In this document: piece after piece, positions 31,642 to 44,432 of the stretch
Layout: each line of letters begins with the position of its first letter
Position numbering within the stretch: the stretch's first letter is position 1
NCBI GenBank assembly: GCA_039591655.1
Contig: JBDHDE010000007.1
Span: 1-64,000, forward strand
Direction of reading: 5' to 3'
Source of the DNA: Gemmatimonadota bacterium
GTDB taxonomy: Bacteria; Gemmatimonadota; Gemmatimonadetes; Gemmatimonadales; GWC2-71-9
DNA length: 64,000 nucleotides
Translations under genes and position numbers: made by a program
The notes under the pieces: generated by a model
Databases searched by the model: none
What the model was told of the DNA's origin: nothing
What the model saw: the letters and a program-made list of their open reading frames with translations, nothing else

Positions 31642-32306
31642 TCGAGCAGTGGGGTTGGCTGCTGCTGTGGGGCACCGTCGTGGGCCTCGACCTGGTGAGC
31701 GTGGGCCAGGTGATGATCGCCCGGCCCCTGGTGGCAGGGACCGTCGCGGGGCTCATCGTGGGTGATCCAGTGGCTGGCGGAACGGTGGGTGTCGTGCTGG
31801 AGCTGTTTGCGCTTGACGTGCTTCCCGTGGGCGCGGTGCGCTATCCCGACTACGGGCTCGGGGCTGTCGCGGCGGCCGCGACCGCAGCGGGGGCGCCGGG
31901 CGCACTAGGCACAGGCGTAGGCGTGTGCGTGGGGTTGGGGGTGGCGTATCTGGGCGAGGTGGGCATCCGCGTCGTGCGGAGCCGCAACACGGAGGACGTG
32001 CGCCGGCACCGGGCGGCTCTCGACGCGGGGGAGACGACGGCCGTCGTCTCCACTCACCTCCGGTGTCTGGCGCGGGACGCGCTGCGGGCGCTCTCGGTGA
32101 CGGCAGCGGGACTGCTGCTCGCCGCCGCCGCGTACCGTTGGCCGCCGGTCACGGTGGGCGGGGCGGTGTTGGTGACGGTGGTGCTGTCGGGGGCGGCCGT
32201 CGGTGCGGCGGCCGCCGGGGGAATGCGGCTCAGCGGTCGGGGGCTCGCCCTGCGCTGGTTCGCTCTGGGAGTTGCGGCGGGTGTGGCGTTGGTGGTGGTG
32301 CTGTGA
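31638..32306 (+). CDS. PTS mannose-family EIIC
   Basis: RPLVAGTVAGL..GD, LPVGA..PD; hydrophobic. Confidence 0.85.
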   Translation: MIEQWGWLLLWGTVVGLDLVSVGQVMIARPLVAGTVAGLIVGDPVAGGTVGVVLELFALDVLPVGAVRYPDYGLGAVAAAATAAGAPGALGTGVGVCVGLGVAYLGEVGIRVVRSRNTEDVRRHRAALDAGETTAVVSTHLRCLARDALRALSVTAAGLLLAAAAYRWPPVTVGGAVLVTVVLSGAAVGAAAAGGMRLSGRGLALRWFALGVAAGVALVVVL

Positions 32307-33028
32307 CACGGGGCCTGTGGCGCGCATGGCTCGGCACGCTGCTGATCCAGGCGTCCTGGAACTACGACCGCATGGTCGGTCTGGGCTCGGCGTTCGCGAG
32401 CATCCCGCTGCTGCGAGATCTTCCCAAGGAGCGCTACCGCGCGGCGATGGAGCGTGCCACCCAGTTCTTCAACGCCCACCCCTACATGGCGGGGATGGAA
32501 GTGGGAGCGGTGGCGCGGGCGGAGCACGATGGTGTGCCCGGCGACCAGATCCGGCGCATGCGCCATGCGCTCGTAGGGCCCCTCGGCTCGGTGGGAGACA
32601 GGTTGATCTGGGCCGGCGTGCTGCCGGCAGCCGCCGGCGTGGGGCTGGCCGTCACCGTGCTGGTTTCGCCGGTGGTGGGTGTGGTGAGCTTCCTGGTGCT
32701 CTACAACGTCGCGCACTTCGCGGTGCGCGGCTGGGCGCTCCGGGCCGGCTGGCGCAGTGGCCACGCCGTGGCCCGCGCCCTCATGGCGGCCACGGTACAG
32801 CGGGGACTGCGCGTAGTGGGCCCGCTGGCGACCTTTACCGTCGGGCTCGCGTTGCCGCTGGTGGCGAACTGGCTCGCAGCGGATTTCCAGATCCGCACCC
32901 GGCTCGCCATGGGTCTCGTGGCCGGGCTGGGCATCGTGTTGTCGCGCTGGATCGTGCCGGCGCTGGGCGGCCTCAGGTTCGGACTCGCCGCCGCCGCCGT
33001 GGGACTGCTCGTGGGGTGGCTGTGGTAG
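32303..33028 (+). CDS. PTS mannose-family EIID
   Basis: QASWNYDRM.GLG, FFNAHP, GPLGSVGD. Confidence 0.88.
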   Translation: MTRGLWRAWLGTLLIQASWNYDRMVGLGSAFASIPLLRDLPKERYRAAMERATQFFNAHPYMAGMEVGAVARAEHDGVPGDQIRRMRHALVGPLGSVGDRLIWAGVLPAAAGVGLAVTVLVSPVVGVVSFLVLYNVAHFAVRGWALRAGWRSGHAVARALMAATVQRGLRVVGPLATFTVGLALPLVANWLAADFQIRTRLAMGLVAGLGIVLSRWIVPALGGLRFGLAAAAVGLLVGWLW

Positions 33029-33306
33029 CCCTGGAGCAGACTACCATCATTCAGAACCGGTTGGGGCTGCACGCCCGGCCGGCGGCGGAGTTCGTCAAGT
33101 TGGCGGGGAAGTTCGACGCCGAGATCTCCGTCGGGAAGGACGGAATGTGGGTGAACGGCAAGAGTATCATGGGAGTGATGACCCTGGCGGCCGAGTACGG
33201 GAGCGAGGTCACCGTGCGCACCGAGGGTGACGATGCCCGCGAGGCCCTGGCAGCCCTGGTCGGGCTATTGAGCCGCGACTTCTCAGACGAGTATTTGGAA
33301 GAATGA
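33022..33306 (+). CDS. ptsH: Phosphocarrier protein HPr
   Basis: GLHARPAA (His15) and NGKSIMGVM (Ser46). Confidence 0.94.
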   Translation: MVALEQTTIIQNRLGLHARPAAEFVKLAGKFDAEISVGKDGMWVNGKSIMGVMTLAAEYGSEVTVRTEGDDAREALAALVGLLSRDFSDEYLEE

Positions 33307-35111
33307 CGCGCGAACGCTGGTTGAGAGGAGTGGGCGTCTCGCCCGGCATGGTGGTGGGCCCTGCGCGGCTCGTGACATGGGGGCTTCCCACGGTCGCGCG
33401 GCGGGTGGTGGCCCCCGACCGGGTGGATGGGGAGATCCGGCGGCTCCGTGAGGCACTCGCGGCCGTGAAGGAGCTGATGGAGGATCTCCGGGTGCGCACC
33501 CTCGAGCAGGCTGGGGCCGAGGAGGCCAAGATCTTCGACGCCCAGATCATGATGCTCGAAGACGAGGACTTCCTCGGTGAAGTGGAGACCCTGATCCGCG
33601 AGAACCAACTCAGCGCCGAGCGGGCGTTCGAGTTCAAGACCCTCGAGATGCGGGCTCTCTGGTCGCAGTCCTCGAGCTACCGGCTGCGCCAGCGGGTTGC
33701 CGATCTCACGGGCATCCAGATGCCCGTCCTCAACCATCTGGTGGGCAAGTCGGTTACGGCCACGCTGCACGACCCGGGAGGACGCCCGGCCATCGTCTTC
33801 ACCCGTGAGCTCACCCCCGGCCTGACGGTGCAGTTGGAGCGCGAGCAGGTGGCGGCCTTCGGGGCCGTGGAAGGCACGCGCACCGCCCATGCGGCAATCC
33901 TTGCCCGCTCCCTCGGCATCCCTTGCGTGATGGGTCTCATCGAGGGTGTGGAGCGCATCCGGGACGGCATGGAGGTGATCCTGGACGGCACGCACGGCAT
34001 CGTGGTGTTGGATCCCACGCCCGGAGAAGTGACTGAGGCCAGGGAATGGGAAGGGTACCGCCGCGCCCTGGGGGAAGAACTCGAGCAAGTGATCGACCAG
34101 CCGGCGGAGACCACCGACGGCGTGACCATCGCGCTGCGGGGGAACGTGGACCTGCCGGAGGAGGTGGAGAGCACGCTGCACAATGGGGCTGAAGGAGTCG
34201 GGCTGTTGCGCACCGAGTTCCTGGTCCTGGGGCGTACCGAACTCCCCGGCGAGCTCGAGGCGGCGGAATTCTATGCGCGGGTGGCGAAGGCCTTCGCGGG
34301 TCGTCCGGTGGTCATCCGCAGCTACGACCTGGGGGGCGACAAATTCCCGGCCGCGTTCCAGTCGCTGCCCGAGCCCAACCCCTTCCTCGGTTGGCGGGCA
34401 ATCCGGGTGTGCCTGGACCACCCGGAGATCTTCCGCACGCAGATCCGGGCGCTGCTGCGGGCCCGGGTGCACGGCGACGTGAAGCTCATGGTGCCCATGA
34501 TCATCCAGGTCGAGGAGATCGAGCGTACTCGGGAGATGGTGGCGAGCGCGGCGGCGGACCTCGAGCGCGAGGGCGTCGAGGCTGCCACTACACTGCCCGT
34601 GGGCGTCATGATCGAGACGCCGGCGGCCGCCGTCCTCGCGCAGCACATGGCCGAGCGTGCGGACTTCATGAGCGTTGGGACCAACGACCTCACCCAATAC
34701 ACGCTGGCGGTGGATCGGGGCAACGCGCGGCTGGCGGGCCGCTTCACGCCGCACCACCCTGCGGTGCTGCGGCTGCTCAGGGGCGTTGTCGAGGCCGGCC
34801 GTGAGGCGGGCATCGAGACCAGCGTGTGCGGGGAGATGGCAGCTGACCCGCTCTCGGCGTTCCTGCTCCTGGGGCTGGGATATCGGGTGCTGAGTGTCTC
34901 TCCACCGGCTCTGGCTCTGGCCCGGTGGCTGGTGCGGCAGGTGGAGGCGAGTGGCGCCGAGCGGGCCGCCACGGCCGCGTTGGACTGCGCCACGACGGCC
35001 GAGGTGGAGGCGATCCTCGAGGATGAGATCGCCAACTACGTCGATCTGAACCTGTTGCAGGCCGGCCGGTTGCCCGGGGTGCACCGCACGGCTAGCTTGA
35101 AAGGTTCGTGA
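33303..35111 (+). CDS. ptsI: PTS enzyme I
   Basis: [49 protein letters not shown]. Confidence 0.95.
   Translation: MTRERWLRGVGVSPGMVVGPARLVTWGLPTVARRVVAPDRVDGEIRRLREALAAVKELMEDLRVRTLEQAGAEEAKIFDAQIMMLEDEDFLGEVETLIRENQLSAERAFEFKTLEMRALWSQSSSYRLRQRVADLTGIQMPVLNHLVGKSVTATLHDPGGRPAIVFTRELTPGLTVQLEREQVAAFGAVEGTRTAHAAILARSLGIPCVMGLIEGVERIRDGMEVILDGTHGIVVLDPTPGEVTEAREWEGYRRALGEELEQVIDQPAETTDGVTIALRGNVDLPEEVESTLHNGAEGVGLLRTEFLVLGRTELPGELEAAEFYARVAKAFAGRPVVIRSYDLGGDKFPAAFQSLPEPNPFLGWRAIRVCLDHPEIFRTQIRALLRARVHGDVKLMVPMIIQVEEIERTREMVASAAADLEREGVEAATTLPVGVMIETPAAAVLAQHMAERADFMSVGTNDLTQYTLAVDRGNARLAGRFTPHHPAVLRLLRGVVEAGREAGIETSVCGEMAADPLSAFLLLGLGYRVLSVSPPALALARWLVRQVEASGAERAATAALDCATTAEVEAILEDEIANYVDLNLLQAGRLPGVHRTASLKGS
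35070..35098 (+). promoter_or_regulatory. Possible internal promoter for metK-ahcY
   Basis: TTGCCC (35070-35075), 17 nt, TAGCTT (35093-35098) within the ptsI 3' end. Confidence 0.4.
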
Positions 35112-35139
35112 AGAGCGCACCCTCCGAAGACGGAGTCGC

Positions 35140-37712
<2,573 letters not shown>

Positions 37713-37717
37713 TTCCC

Positions 37718-38215
37718 ATGATCGAGGTGAAGGTGGCGCACCTGGGTCTCGATCGGGCCACCAACACGCCGGTAGTGATCCTGCAGGAGAAGGAAGGGCA
37801 ACGGGTGCTCCCCATCTGGATCGGGCCGGCGGAAGCCAGCGCCATCGCCATGGAGCTCGCGGGGGTGAAGTTCTCCCGGCCGCTCACCCACGATCTCGTG
37901 AAGCAGATCGTGGTGGGGCTGGGGGCCGACTTGGAGCGGGTGGTGATCAGCGAGGTCAAGGAGAACACCTATTTCGCCGAGCTACACCTGCAGCGCGACG
38001 ACCACGTGGTTCACATCGACGCCCGGCCGTCGGACTCCATCGCCGTCGCCCTCAGGCTGAAGGCGCCCATCTTCACCCACGAGGAACTGCTGGAGTTGAC
38101 CTCCGTCGACACGGTGGAGCCGATGTCGTCGGACGCCGAGGGCATCGATGCCGATTCGCTGAAGTCATACCTCGAGAACCTGGACCCGGAAGATTTCGGC
38201 AAGTTCACTCCGTAG
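37718..38215 (+). CDS. Bifunctional nuclease (DUF151) family protein
   Basis: LPIWIG..EA, RPLTHDL, DARPSDSIAVAL. Confidence 0.92.
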   Translation: MIEVKVAHLGLDRATNTPVVILQEKEGQRVLPIWIGPAEASAIAMELAGVKFSRPLTHDLVKQIVVGLGADLERVVISEVKENTYFAELHLQRDDHVVHIDARPSDSIAVALRLKAPIFTHEELLELTSVDTVEPMSSDAEGIDADSLKSYLENLDPEDFGKFTP

Positions 38216-39320
38216 AGGGCTCTCCGTCGGGCTCGCGGCCCTGAGTCTCGCGGCGACGCTGGAGGCTCAGGGCTTTCGTGTAGGCGGGAGGGTGGTGCAC
38301 GTCGCCGGGGGCGACACCACGGCCCTCCCGGGGGCGTGGGCTGTACTGCACCAGGTCGGGCTGCAGGAGGGCGCACCGGTGGATTCGGTGCGCACGGACC
38401 GCTCGGGTCGCTACGCCGTCGGGGCTCCGTCTCGCGACACCGCTGTGAGCTACCTGGTGAGCGCGCAATACCACGGGATCGCATACTTCACGGAAGCGTT
38501 CGCCGGGAGAGCGCAGCCCCCCGATACCTTCGCCACGCTGGTCGTTTACGACACCTCGTCCACCAGTCCGCCGATCACCCTGTTCGAGCGCCACGTCATC
38601 GTGCGGTTCGGCGACTCAGACGGGTCACGCCGGGTCGTGGAGCTCCTGGTGTTGCACAACGCAGGCGACCGGACCCGCATCCCCCCCGACACCGGGCGTC
38701 CTGTGTGGCGGCTCACCCTGCCGCAGGAGGCTTATCAGCTCGAGTTCGGAGCGGGCGACATGAGCGAGCAGGCCATCGCGCACCGTGGTGGCCGGTTGGA
38801 GGTCATGGCGGCGATGCCGCCGGGTGAGCGACAGCTGTTGGTGGGCTACCTGGTGCCGGCCTCCGTCGGTACCCTGGAGTTTCCCGTGGATCAGGACGTG
38901 GGCCGACTCCACGTGCTGTTGGAGGATTCGGCGGCCGTGGTCGAGGCACCCCTCGAGCCGCGTGGCTGGGAGAACCTCGAGGGGGCGCCGTTTCGCCGGT
39001 TCACGGCCGACGGCGTGACGGCCGGGGGGGAGGTGGTGGTTCGGTTCGGCCGCGGTACCGGCGTCCCGGAGAGCCTCGTGTTGTGGATCGTGGTTCCCGT
39101 CGCGGCGCTGGCACTCGGAGTGGGGCTGTGGAGGTGGTGGCGTGACATGGGAATCGACACGGGTACAGCGCGGGCCGATGAACCAGAGCGCCTCGCGGCG
39201 GAGATTGCCACCCTCGATGCGCGCGCCGCCGGCCGCCAAGACGAGGAGTACCGTGTCCGCCGTGCGGAGCTCAAGGCCCGTCTCACCGAGGCCCTGGCGC
39301 GACGCGAGGGCCAGGGGTAG
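38193..39320 (+). CDS. Hypothetical exported protein with C-terminal membrane anchor and helical tail (start uncertain)
   Basis: ORF 38292-39320 extends upstream in frame through a signal-like segment (RRGLSVGLAALSLAATLEAQ); one TM helix near the C-terminus, then LAAEIATLD...EEY...RAELK. Confidence 0.7.
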   Translation: MSASSLRRGLSVGLAALSLAATLEAQGFRVGGRVVHVAGGDTTALPGAWAVLHQVGLQEGAPVDSVRTDRSGRYAVGAPSRDTAVSYLVSAQYHGIAYFTEAFAGRAQPPDTFATLVVYDTSSTSPPITLFERHVIVRFGDSDGSRRVVELLVLHNAGDRTRIPPDTGRPVWRLTLPQEAYQLEFGAGDMSEQAIAHRGGRLEVMAAMPPGERQLLVGYLVPASVGTLEFPVDQDVGRLHVLLEDSAAVVEAPLEPRGWENLEGAPFRRFTADGVTAGGEVVVRFGRGTGVPESLVLWIVVPVAALALGVGLWRWWRDMGIDTGTARADEPERLAAEIATLDARAAGRQDEEYRVRRAELKARLTEALARREGQG

Positions 39321-39385
39321 ACGGATCGGGCCCCAGGCGTTATCGGTAAGATGTCGTCCGCAAGGACGACGCCCAACGGATTGAC

Positions 39386-39519
39386 GAGCGCGGCGGGCGG
39401 AAGCCGGTGAGAGACCGGCGCGGCCCCGCCACTGTAACGGGCTTGTAGGGCGGCTCGAGAGCCACTGGGAAACCGGGAAGGCGAGCCGACTGCCCGAAGC
39501 CAGGAGACGCCCCGCGTTC
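39386..39519 (+). ncRNA. Cobalamin (B12) riboswitch
   Basis: GGAA-GCCGGTGAGAGACCGGC, CCCGCCACTGTAA, GCCACTG...GGGAAG, and B12 box GAAGCCAGGAGAC; closing stem 39386-39393/39512-39519; upstream of btu genes. Confidence 0.95.
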
Positions 39520-39623
39520 GCGCCACCAACTGATCCCTCGCGGGAGGGAAGGTGGGCACGCGCCCAAGCAATGCACCGCTGAACGCCGCTCGCTTCCTTC
39601 CGGTTCGGAAGGAGTGAGCGCTG

Positions 39624-40502
39624 TTGCGTAGGACCTCACGCACCGGGCTGCTTGCCGCGGCTCTCGCTCTTGCGTGCGGGTCGAGCGGAGCCCCCGCCGC
39701 CGGTCCCGTGGTGGACGATGCCGGCCGGGCGGTGACGCTACAGGCTCCGGCACGGCGGATCGTCTCCCTCTCTCCTGCCACGACCGAGCTGCTCTTCGCC
39801 ATCGCCGCCGGCGATCGCGTGGTGGGACGAACCCGCTGGTGCCAGGACCCTCCGGAGGCATCCGCCGTTCCCAGTGTGGGCGACGGGCTCGACCCCAACG
39901 TCGAGCTCATCGTGGCCCGGCGCCCCGACCTCGTGGTCTTCTATCATTCCGGCGCGAACGATGCCGCTATCGCGCAGCTCGCCCGCGTGGGGATCGCGGC
40001 AGCCTCCGTGAAGCTCGACGGCCTCGAGGATCTGGCCCGCGCGGCGCTGCTCCTGGGGCGGCTCACGGGCGACAGCGTCCGGGCCGACTCGCTGGTGTCC
40101 GCGTTTCAGCCGGAGCTCACGCGCGTGGCGGCGCGACCCCCGGCCGCGGCGCCCAGCGTGCTCATGTTGGCGTGGGACAACCCACCCATCGTGATCGGAT
40201 CCGCGAGCTTCCTGAGCGAGATCGTGGAGCTCGCCGGGGGCCGCAACGCGTTCGGTGATCTCGAGCAGCCGTCCGCGCCTGTGAGCATCGAGGCCATTGC
40301 GGCGCGGGATCCGGACGTGGTGCTGGTTGCGGGCGGGAGTGGCGACCCCGCGTGGGCGCGACGCCCCGAGTGGCAGGCGGTGGGCGCGGTCGAAGCCGGA
40401 CGCTTCGTGGCGGTCTCGGGCACCGAGTTCTCCCACCCCTCCTTCAGAGCGGCCCAGGCAGTGGAGCGCTTGCGCGCCGCACTACGCGAGGTCGTCCCGT
40501 GA
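39624..40502 (+). CDS. btuF: Cobalamin ABC transporter substrate-binding lipoprotein
   Basis: Lipobox-like LALAC, RIVSLSPATTELLFA, PNVELI; follows the B12 riboswitch. Confidence 0.85.
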   Translation: MRRTSRTGLLAAALALACGSSGAPAAGPVVDDAGRAVTLQAPARRIVSLSPATTELLFAIAAGDRVVGRTRWCQDPPEASAVPSVGDGLDPNVELIVARRPDLVVFYHSGANDAAIAQLARVGIAAASVKLDGLEDLARAALLLGRLTGDSVRADSLVSAFQPELTRVAARPPAAAPSVLMLAWDNPPIVIGSASFLSEIVELAGGRNAFGDLEQPSAPVSIEAIAARDPDVVLVAGGSGDPAWARRPEWQAVGAVEAGRFVAVSGTEFSHPSFRAAQAVERLRAALREVVP

Positions 40503-41470
40503 TGCGGTGGTCGCTCATGGTCGCGGCATCGGCCGCGATGCTCCTGGTGGGCCTCGCGGTGGGTCCGGCCGACCTCGCACCCGCCACGGTGTGGCAGGCT
40601 GTTCTCGGCCGCGGCGACGAGGCGACGGCTGCCATCGTCCGTGACCTGCGCCTGCCGCGGGTGCTGCTGGCGTATCTCATCGGGGGCAGTCTCGCGGTCA
40701 CTGGGGCATCGCTCCAGGCCGTGGTGCGCAACCCGCTGGCCGACCCGTACCTCCTCGGGCTCTCCGGAGGAGCCGGGCTCGGCGCGGTGGCCGCCATCGC
40801 TCTGGGACTCGGCGGTGCATGGGCGGTGCCCCTGGCGGCGCTGGTGGGAGCGGTGCTCGCCATCGTCCTGGTGTACCGCGTCGCCCTGGCGGCCGGTGGA
40901 CACCTCGACACCCGGGTACTGTTGCTAGCCGGAGTGGTGGTCGGCGCGTTTGCCGCATCCCTCATGGGAGCGATCATGGCGCTCTCCCCGGCGCCCGAGG
41001 TGCGGAACGCGCTGCTCTGGCTGCTGGGTAGCTTCGACGCAGCCTCATGGCGCGCGCTGGCGGTTTTCGGGGCGTACGCCCTGTTCCCCCTCGCCGTGCT
41101 CTACGGCATGGCCCGGCCCATGGACCTTCTGGCCCTGGGCGAAGAGCCGGCGCGGTTCCTGGGAGCCGACGTGGAGCGCACCAAGCGGGTGCTCTATGTA
41201 GCCGCCTCGGCTCTCACCGCGGCGGCCGTTTCCGTCTCCGGCATCATCGGGTTCGTGGGGCTCGTGATTCCCCACGCAGTGCGCATGCTGTGGGGCCATA
41301 CCCATCGTGCGCTCCTGCCCAGCGCCTTCCTCCTGGGCGGCACACTCATGGTGGCGGCGGACGCCGTGGCGCGGACGGCCTTCGCGCCTCTCGAGCTGCC
41401 GGTGGGCGTGGTCACCGCCCTCATCGGCGTGCCCCTCTTCATCTGGCTGGTGCGGCGATGGGCGAGCTGA
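40502..41470 (+). CDS. btuC: Cobalamin ABC transporter permease (FecCD family)
   Basis: LRLPRV, RNPLADPYLLGLSGGA, GIIGFVGLVIPH, ELPVG. Confidence 0.88.
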   Translation: MRWSLMVAASAAMLLVGLAVGPADLAPATVWQAVLGRGDEATAAIVRDLRLPRVLLAYLIGGSLAVTGASLQAVVRNPLADPYLLGLSGGAGLGAVAAIALGLGGAWAVPLAALVGAVLAIVLVYRVALAAGGHLDTRVLLLAGVVVGAFAASLMGAIMALSPAPEVRNALLWLLGSFDAASWRALAVFGAYALFPLAVLYGMARPMDLLALGEEPARFLGADVERTKRVLYVAASALTAAAVSVSGIIGFVGLVIPHAVRMLWGHTHRALLPSAFLLGGTLMVAADAVARTAFAPLELPVGVVTALIGVPLFIWLVRRWAS

Positions 41471-42303
41471 TCTTCGAGACCCGCGAGGTGCGCTACCGCT
41501 ATCCGCACGCGGCCGATGACGCGGTGCGGGACGTGGCCCTCGATGTCCCCCCGGGGGAGCTCATCGCGATCGTCGGACCCAACGGGAGTGGCAAGACGAC
41601 CCTGGTGCGCCTCCTCCTGGGTGTGCTCTCCCCCACGGGCGGGACGGTGCTGGCGGGGGGGCGCCCCGCCGCAGAGTGGAAGCGCCGGGACCTGGCACGC
41701 CTGGTGGGTGTGGTGGCCCAGCGGGAGGAGCCGGTGTTCCCCCTCCGCGTAGAGCAGGCGGTCCTGTTCGGCCGCTATCCCCATCTGGGGGCCCTCGGGA
41801 CGCCGGGGCCAGAGGACCGCGCCGCGGTGGACAAGGCCCTCCGGCGGTGCGACGTGGCGCACCTCGGGGATCGTTGGGTGGCGACCCTCTCGGGTGGGGA
41901 GTGGCAGCGGGTGCGCATCGCCCGGGCCCTGGCGCAGGAGCCTCGGGCCCTCGTGCTGGATGAAGCCACCGCCAACCTGGACATCCGGCACGAGATGGAG
42001 GTGTTCGAGCTGGCGGCGACGCTGGTGCGGGACGAAGGCCTCGCCGCCGTCGCCGTCACGCACCACGTCAATCTCGCCGCGCGATTCGCGGATCGGATAG
42101 TGGTGATGGATCGCGGCATCGCCCGGGCTCAGGGACGGCCGCTGGAGGTCCTGCAGCGAGAGGTGCTGGAGCGCGTGTTCGGCTGGCCCGTGGAGGTGTC
42201 ACAGTGGCGGGGCGTTCCCCAACTCGTGCCGCTACGAGCGGGTGAAGAGCCGGGTCGAGGCGATCCCGGGCGAGAGACAGGGAGCAGGAGAGGAAATGCG
42301 TGA
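41458..42303 (+). CDS. btuD: Cobalamin ABC transporter ATPase
   Basis: GPNGSGKT, LSGGEWQR, LDEATANLD. Confidence 0.88.
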   Translation: MGELIFETREVRYRYPHAADDAVRDVALDVPPGELIAIVGPNGSGKTTLVRLLLGVLSPTGGTVLAGGRPAAEWKRRDLARLVGVVAQREEPVFPLRVEQAVLFGRYPHLGALGTPGPEDRAAVDKALRRCDVAHLGDRWVATLSGGEWQRVRIARALAQEPRALVLDEATANLDIRHEMEVFELAATLVRDEGLAAVAVTHHVNLAARFADRIVVMDRGIARAQGRPLEVLQREVLERVFGWPVEVSQWRGVPQLVPLRAGEEPGRGDPGRETGSRRGNA

Positions 42304-44320
42304 TAAGGGGAGTCGCAGCCGAGTGATGCGGGGATCGCGAGCCTGGCGGGGCGCCGTGCGCGGTGTCCTCGCCGCGTGGGCCGGGCTGGCGGCCGGGGCG
42401 GGCGCGCCTCTCCACGGTCAGGAGCAGCCCGACACCGTCCGTCTCGATCCCGTGGTGGTCACGGCGACGCGGCTTCCCACGCCGCGGGCAGCCGTCGCAA
42501 CGAGCGTAACGCTGCTGGATGGGACTGGACTGGAGGCCGAGGGGCTTCGCACGGTGGCGGACGCGCTGCGGCAGGTGCCCGGGCTCAGTGTGGTCCAGAC
42601 GGGCTCCTACGGCAGTGTGACGTCGGTATTCATGCGGGGCGGTGAGAGCGACTACGTGAAGGTCCTGGTAGATGGCACGCCCATCAACGATCCCGGCGGC
42701 GCCATCGATTTCGCCAACCTCACTACCGACAACGTGGAGCGCATCGAGATCGTAAGGGGTCCCACCAGCGTGCTGTACGGGTCCGACGCCGTCTCGGGGG
42801 TGGTGCAGATCTTCACCCGGCGGGGGCTGGGTCGGCTCCGGGCGAGTGCCGGCGTCCGGGGCGGCACCTATGGCTCCCTCGAGGCCGATCTCGACTCCAG
42901 GGGCGGGACCGAGCACGTGCAGTACGCATTCGCCGTGGCCCGGCGCGCCACCGACGGTATCCATCCGTTCAACAGCGATTACGACAACCTGGTCCTGAGC
43001 GGGATGCTACGAGCCGTGCCGGACGCGCGCACCGATGCCCAGATCTCACTGCGCTACACGGACAGCGAGGCGCACTTCCCCACCGACGGCAGCGGTCAGC
43101 TGGTGGACAGCAACGCGTTCCGGTTGCAGGACCGCCTCACGGTCTCCCTCGACGCGGGTCGCTTCATCACCGATCGCGTGGAGGGAAGGGTGCTGCTGGC
43201 GCTCAACGAGACCGACGGCGGGCTCGACGACCGGCCCGACGGCCCCGCCGACACTCTGGGGTTCTTCGGCTTCGCCTCGGCACAGAAGATCTCCCGCCGG
43301 AGCGCCGATGCCCGGGTCAACTGGTACGTGTCGCGGGCCGGGGTAGTCACACTGGGCGCCCAGGTGGAGGGCCAGGACGAGCGTGCGCTGAGTGAATCCA
43401 GCAGCCAGTTCGGCGACCAGAGTAGCGGGCTCACCGCTGCGCGAACCAACTACGCCGCCTACGCCCAGGTCCAGGCCGAGCCGCTGGCGGGGCTGGCCCT
43501 CACCGTGGGCGCGCGGCTCGATGACAACCGGCAGTTCGGAACGTTCTTTACCTACCGCGGGGGCGTCGCATACGGCTGGCAGACGGGGACCCGGTTGCGG
43601 GCCGCGGTGGGGAGCGCCTTCAAGGAGCCCACATTCTTCGAGAACTTCGCCGACGACCCCTTCGCCCGGGGGAACCCCAGCCTCGAGCCCGAGCGGTCCG
43701 CGAGCTGGGAGGTGGGCGTGGAGCAGCGGCTGTGGGGCGCTCGGCTCCTGTTGGGTGCGACCTACTTCGATCAGCGCTTTCGCGATCTGATCCAGTACAC
43801 GCCGGTGGTCCCGGCTTCCGACGCCCCCAACTACTTCAACGTGGCCGCGGCCGACGCCGCCGGAGTGGAGTTCGAGGTCCGCACCTGGCCCCTCGGCAGC
43901 CTCACCGTAGGAGGCAGCTACACGCTATTGCGCACCGAGGTTGTGGACGCGGGATTCGACAGGGGGCCGGGCGCCGGGTTCGTGAAAGGCGAGCGGCTGC
44001 TGCGCCGGCCCACCCACCGCATCGCCGCGGACGCCGTGTGGCGCATGCTGGATCGGGCGCACCTTGCCCTCAGGCTCGACTACGTAGGCGATCGGGACGA
44101 CCGGGACTTCTCCACCTTCCCAGCGACGCCGGTGGTGCTGCCTGCCTACTGGCGGGTGGACCTGGCGCTGAGCGTGGACATGCTGCAGGCGGCAGGGGCC
44201 CGTCCCGGCCTCGTGGCCACCCTGAGGGTCGACAACCTGCTGGACGAGGAGTACCAGGACGCCTTCGGCTTCCGGGCTCCCGGACGACGGGTGTTGGTGG
44301 GTGGGCGGGTCGGGATCTGA
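42296..44320 (+). CDS. btuB: TonB-dependent cobalamin receptor
   Basis: Signal peptide, VVVTATR TonB box, plug (VLVDG, ERIEIVRGP.S.LYGSDA), DNLLDEEY C-terminus; start 42296 or 42326. Confidence 0.88.
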   Translation: MRDKGSRSRVMRGSRAWRGAVRGVLAAWAGLAAGAGAPLHGQEQPDTVRLDPVVVTATRLPTPRAAVATSVTLLDGTGLEAEGLRTVADALRQVPGLSVVQTGSYGSVTSVFMRGGESDYVKVLVDGTPINDPGGAIDFANLTTDNVERIEIVRGPTSVLYGSDAVSGVVQIFTRRGLGRLRASAGVRGGTYGSLEADLDSRGGTEHVQYAFAVARRATDGIHPFNSDYDNLVLSGMLRAVPDARTDAQISLRYTDSEAHFPTDGSGQLVDSNAFRLQDRLTVSLDAGRFITDRVEGRVLLALNETDGGLDDRPDGPADTLGFFGFASAQKISRRSADARVNWYVSRAGVVTLGAQVEGQDERALSESSSQFGDQSSGLTAARTNYAAYAQVQAEPLAGLALTVGARLDDNRQFGTFFTYRGGVAYGWQTGTRLRAAVGSAFKEPTFFENFADDPFARGNPSLEPERSASWEVGVEQRLWGARLLLGATYFDQRFRDLIQYTPVVPASDAPNYFNVAAADAAGVEFEVRTWPLGSLTVGGSYTLLRTEVVDAGFDRGPGAGFVKGERLLRRPTHRIAADAVWRMLDRAHLALRLDYVGDRDDRDFSTFPATPVVLPAYWRVDLALSVDMLQAAGARPGLVATLRVDNLLDEEYQDAFGFRAPGRRVLVGGRVGI

Positions 44321-44432
44321 GCAGAGCAACGCACCCTGGACGGCCCACCGGGGTATCGCCATGGAGGGAGAACGGCCTGTCCCGCGTCAAATGGCACGCC
44401 AGGCGGCTCCCGGCGGACCTTATCTTTGAACC

